Below, in pieces: positions 62,408 to 64,000 of a stretch of 64,000 nt of DNA. Origin of the DNA: Camelus dromedarius (Eukaryota). The notes below the pieces were generated by a model. The model was not told where the DNA came from and searched no databases. It worked only from the letters and a program-made list of their open reading frames with translations. The stretch is taken from positions 45,198,001 to 45,262,000 of the forward strand of contig NC_087447.1 of assembly GCF_036321535.1 (NCBI RefSeq), given 5' to 3'. Position 1 is the stretch's first letter; each line of letters starts with the position of its first letter. The translations under genes were made by a program, and so were the position numbers.

Positions 62408-62855
62408 TGTTACGGAAACGACAGGCCAGTCAAGAAACAAGCACCACTCGGAGGGTTGGAGTACTCAGATGTATTATGCCAGCGGGCTCAGAGGGCCTTC
62501 TGCTCCGAAGCTCTGAGCACCTTCAAGACATGCACATGAGGTTTTATAGGGTAAAGTACAAGCTTGGGGTATTCGGCCAATAGGCATGGAACAGCTTTAG
62601 CAGCATTATCATCACAAAAGTGGAGGCGGGGAGGCAGCAACATTCCAAAGCCAGATATGTCTCTTTGAAAATCCAGCTGGCTAGCAAAAACACATAAACA
62701 GCAAACCAACACTAATTAACCTAGATTTACAAGTTAGTCTAGCAGAACTCAGATCAGTATTCCAATACTTAGACTTGTTAGCCCAGCCCAGCCTCTCCTT
62801 CGCATTCCTAGACTTATGAGTTATCTTGTCAGACCAGCCCGGTTTTTCCTTCACA
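62408..62855 (-). mobile_element. ERV1-type solo LTR, copy 2 (448 bp)
   Basis: TG...CA; 4-bp TSD GTCT (62404-62407 / 62856-62859); TATAAAA on minus at 62542-62548; CCAAT at 62577-62581; GC box near 62622-62630. Confidence 0.9.
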
Positions 62856-62879
62856 GTCTGAGATTTTTCAGTTTATCCA

Positions 62880-63426
62880 GCTGGTTAAACAGGGCTCACT
62901 GCCTTCCTTGACACCCTTGCCTGTTTCCTCTGTGCTCTATCTCACATTCAAAGCTATGATCTTATCAATCTGTGGGCATTTCTTTCTTCAAGACCTAAGA
63001 CAAAATTCTGATGACTGCTGCCTTGACTACTCTGCCTTCCTGAGCATTCCACTTTTTCATCAAGCCATAAACTTTCCCCCTTCCCACTCTCTTTCTACTG
63101 AATATTTACTGCCTTATGATGACACCCCCAGCTTTCTTATTCCTGTACAATCTTTCAGCTCTTCGATCTACTCATCCAGACTGAAGATAGATGCACAGAA
63201 AGATACCCATCCCTAGTGAAAGCCTTCTAGAGATTCATCAAGATGCGCTTGACTGCTGTATTTCCGCTCATCTTTTCGTTCTTCTATCCATTTATCTTAT
63301 GGCATTACTTTTCTTTGTGAACAACTTTACGGAAAGTCTTCTCTTAATTAATTTCTTTCAGATCTGAATAGCACCTAGCTCCCTAAAGCCACTGGATTAA
63401 TAAGCAGTTCTCAAAAGGAATATATA

Positions 63427-63466
<40 letters not shown>

Positions 63467-64000
63467 ACTGAATCACTAAGTTGTAATCAGAAATTAACAC
63501 AACATTGTAAATCAACTATACTTCACTGAAAAAAAACCCAGCCCCCCCAAAATATCATTTCTCTATACCATGGAATTGCCTCTCAGTGTTCTCCATCTCT
63601 CTGAACAATACTATCATTATGCCTAAGATTGAGACTCAAAATCCAAACGTCATTTTGACTCTTTCCTTTACTACTACATTAAAAGGGGTAATAATCAATG
63701 AAAATGCTGACCCCTAAGTGCCTCTGCCAGCCTTTGTCCACTTCCTTCCACTGCAGTTTCATGCTTCAGATCCAAGAAATCACATTCTTGTACCATAATA
63801 TTGCCCTCCTAATAAATCTCACGTCTCTATTTCATTCTGTAATCTGGAGTAGGACTAATATTTTTAAAGGGCAAATCTGAAAATGGTGCTGTTCTGATTA
63901 GAAACCTTGAATGCTCCCTTATTACCAGAGGGTCAAATCGAAACCCACTGGCCTAGAATTAAAAGCCCACTGTGGCCAGTACTAAATGGATATTTCTGGT
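62880..64000 (+). mobile_element. L2 fragments interrupted by an L1 tail with (TG)n (about 63420-63530)
   Basis: Pyrimidine-rich L2 sense text; gtgtgt...tataactgaatcact..aattaacacaacattgtaaatcaactatact is an L1 3' tail. Confidence 0.55.

Overview
Mammalian genomic DNA, most likely camelid (four copies of a tRNA-Ala-derived, Vic-1-type SINE). It matches the class I olfactory receptor (OR)/ubiquilin region that neighbours the beta-globin locus in other mammals. Left to right: the last two exons of an inactivated OLFM4-like gene (OLFM5 pseudogene); three tandem ubiquilin genes with single-exon CDSs and intact UBL and UBA domains (UBQLNL, UBQLN3, UBQLN5); a truncated OR52D-like pseudogene; intact OR52D1; an OR51-family pseudogene split by a solo LTR; intact OR51I2; and an OR51-family ORF that is open but altered at conserved motifs. 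Intergenic DNA holds L1, L2, MIR, MER20, MLT2 and several ERV solo LTRs, most with readable target-site duplications (TSDs), some nested, plus four N gaps. Orthologue names come from my recall of human/mouse proteins and gene order, not from a database search. No wholly new gene system is evident. The best leads are regulatory and evolutionary: a duplicated OR promoter/first-exon module, an orphan O/E-site cluster, twin LTRs bracketing two ORs (one with amplified GATA repeats, the other next to an OR splice acceptor), a CRE-variant shared by all three ubiquilin 5' regions, and apparently independent OLFM5 loss.
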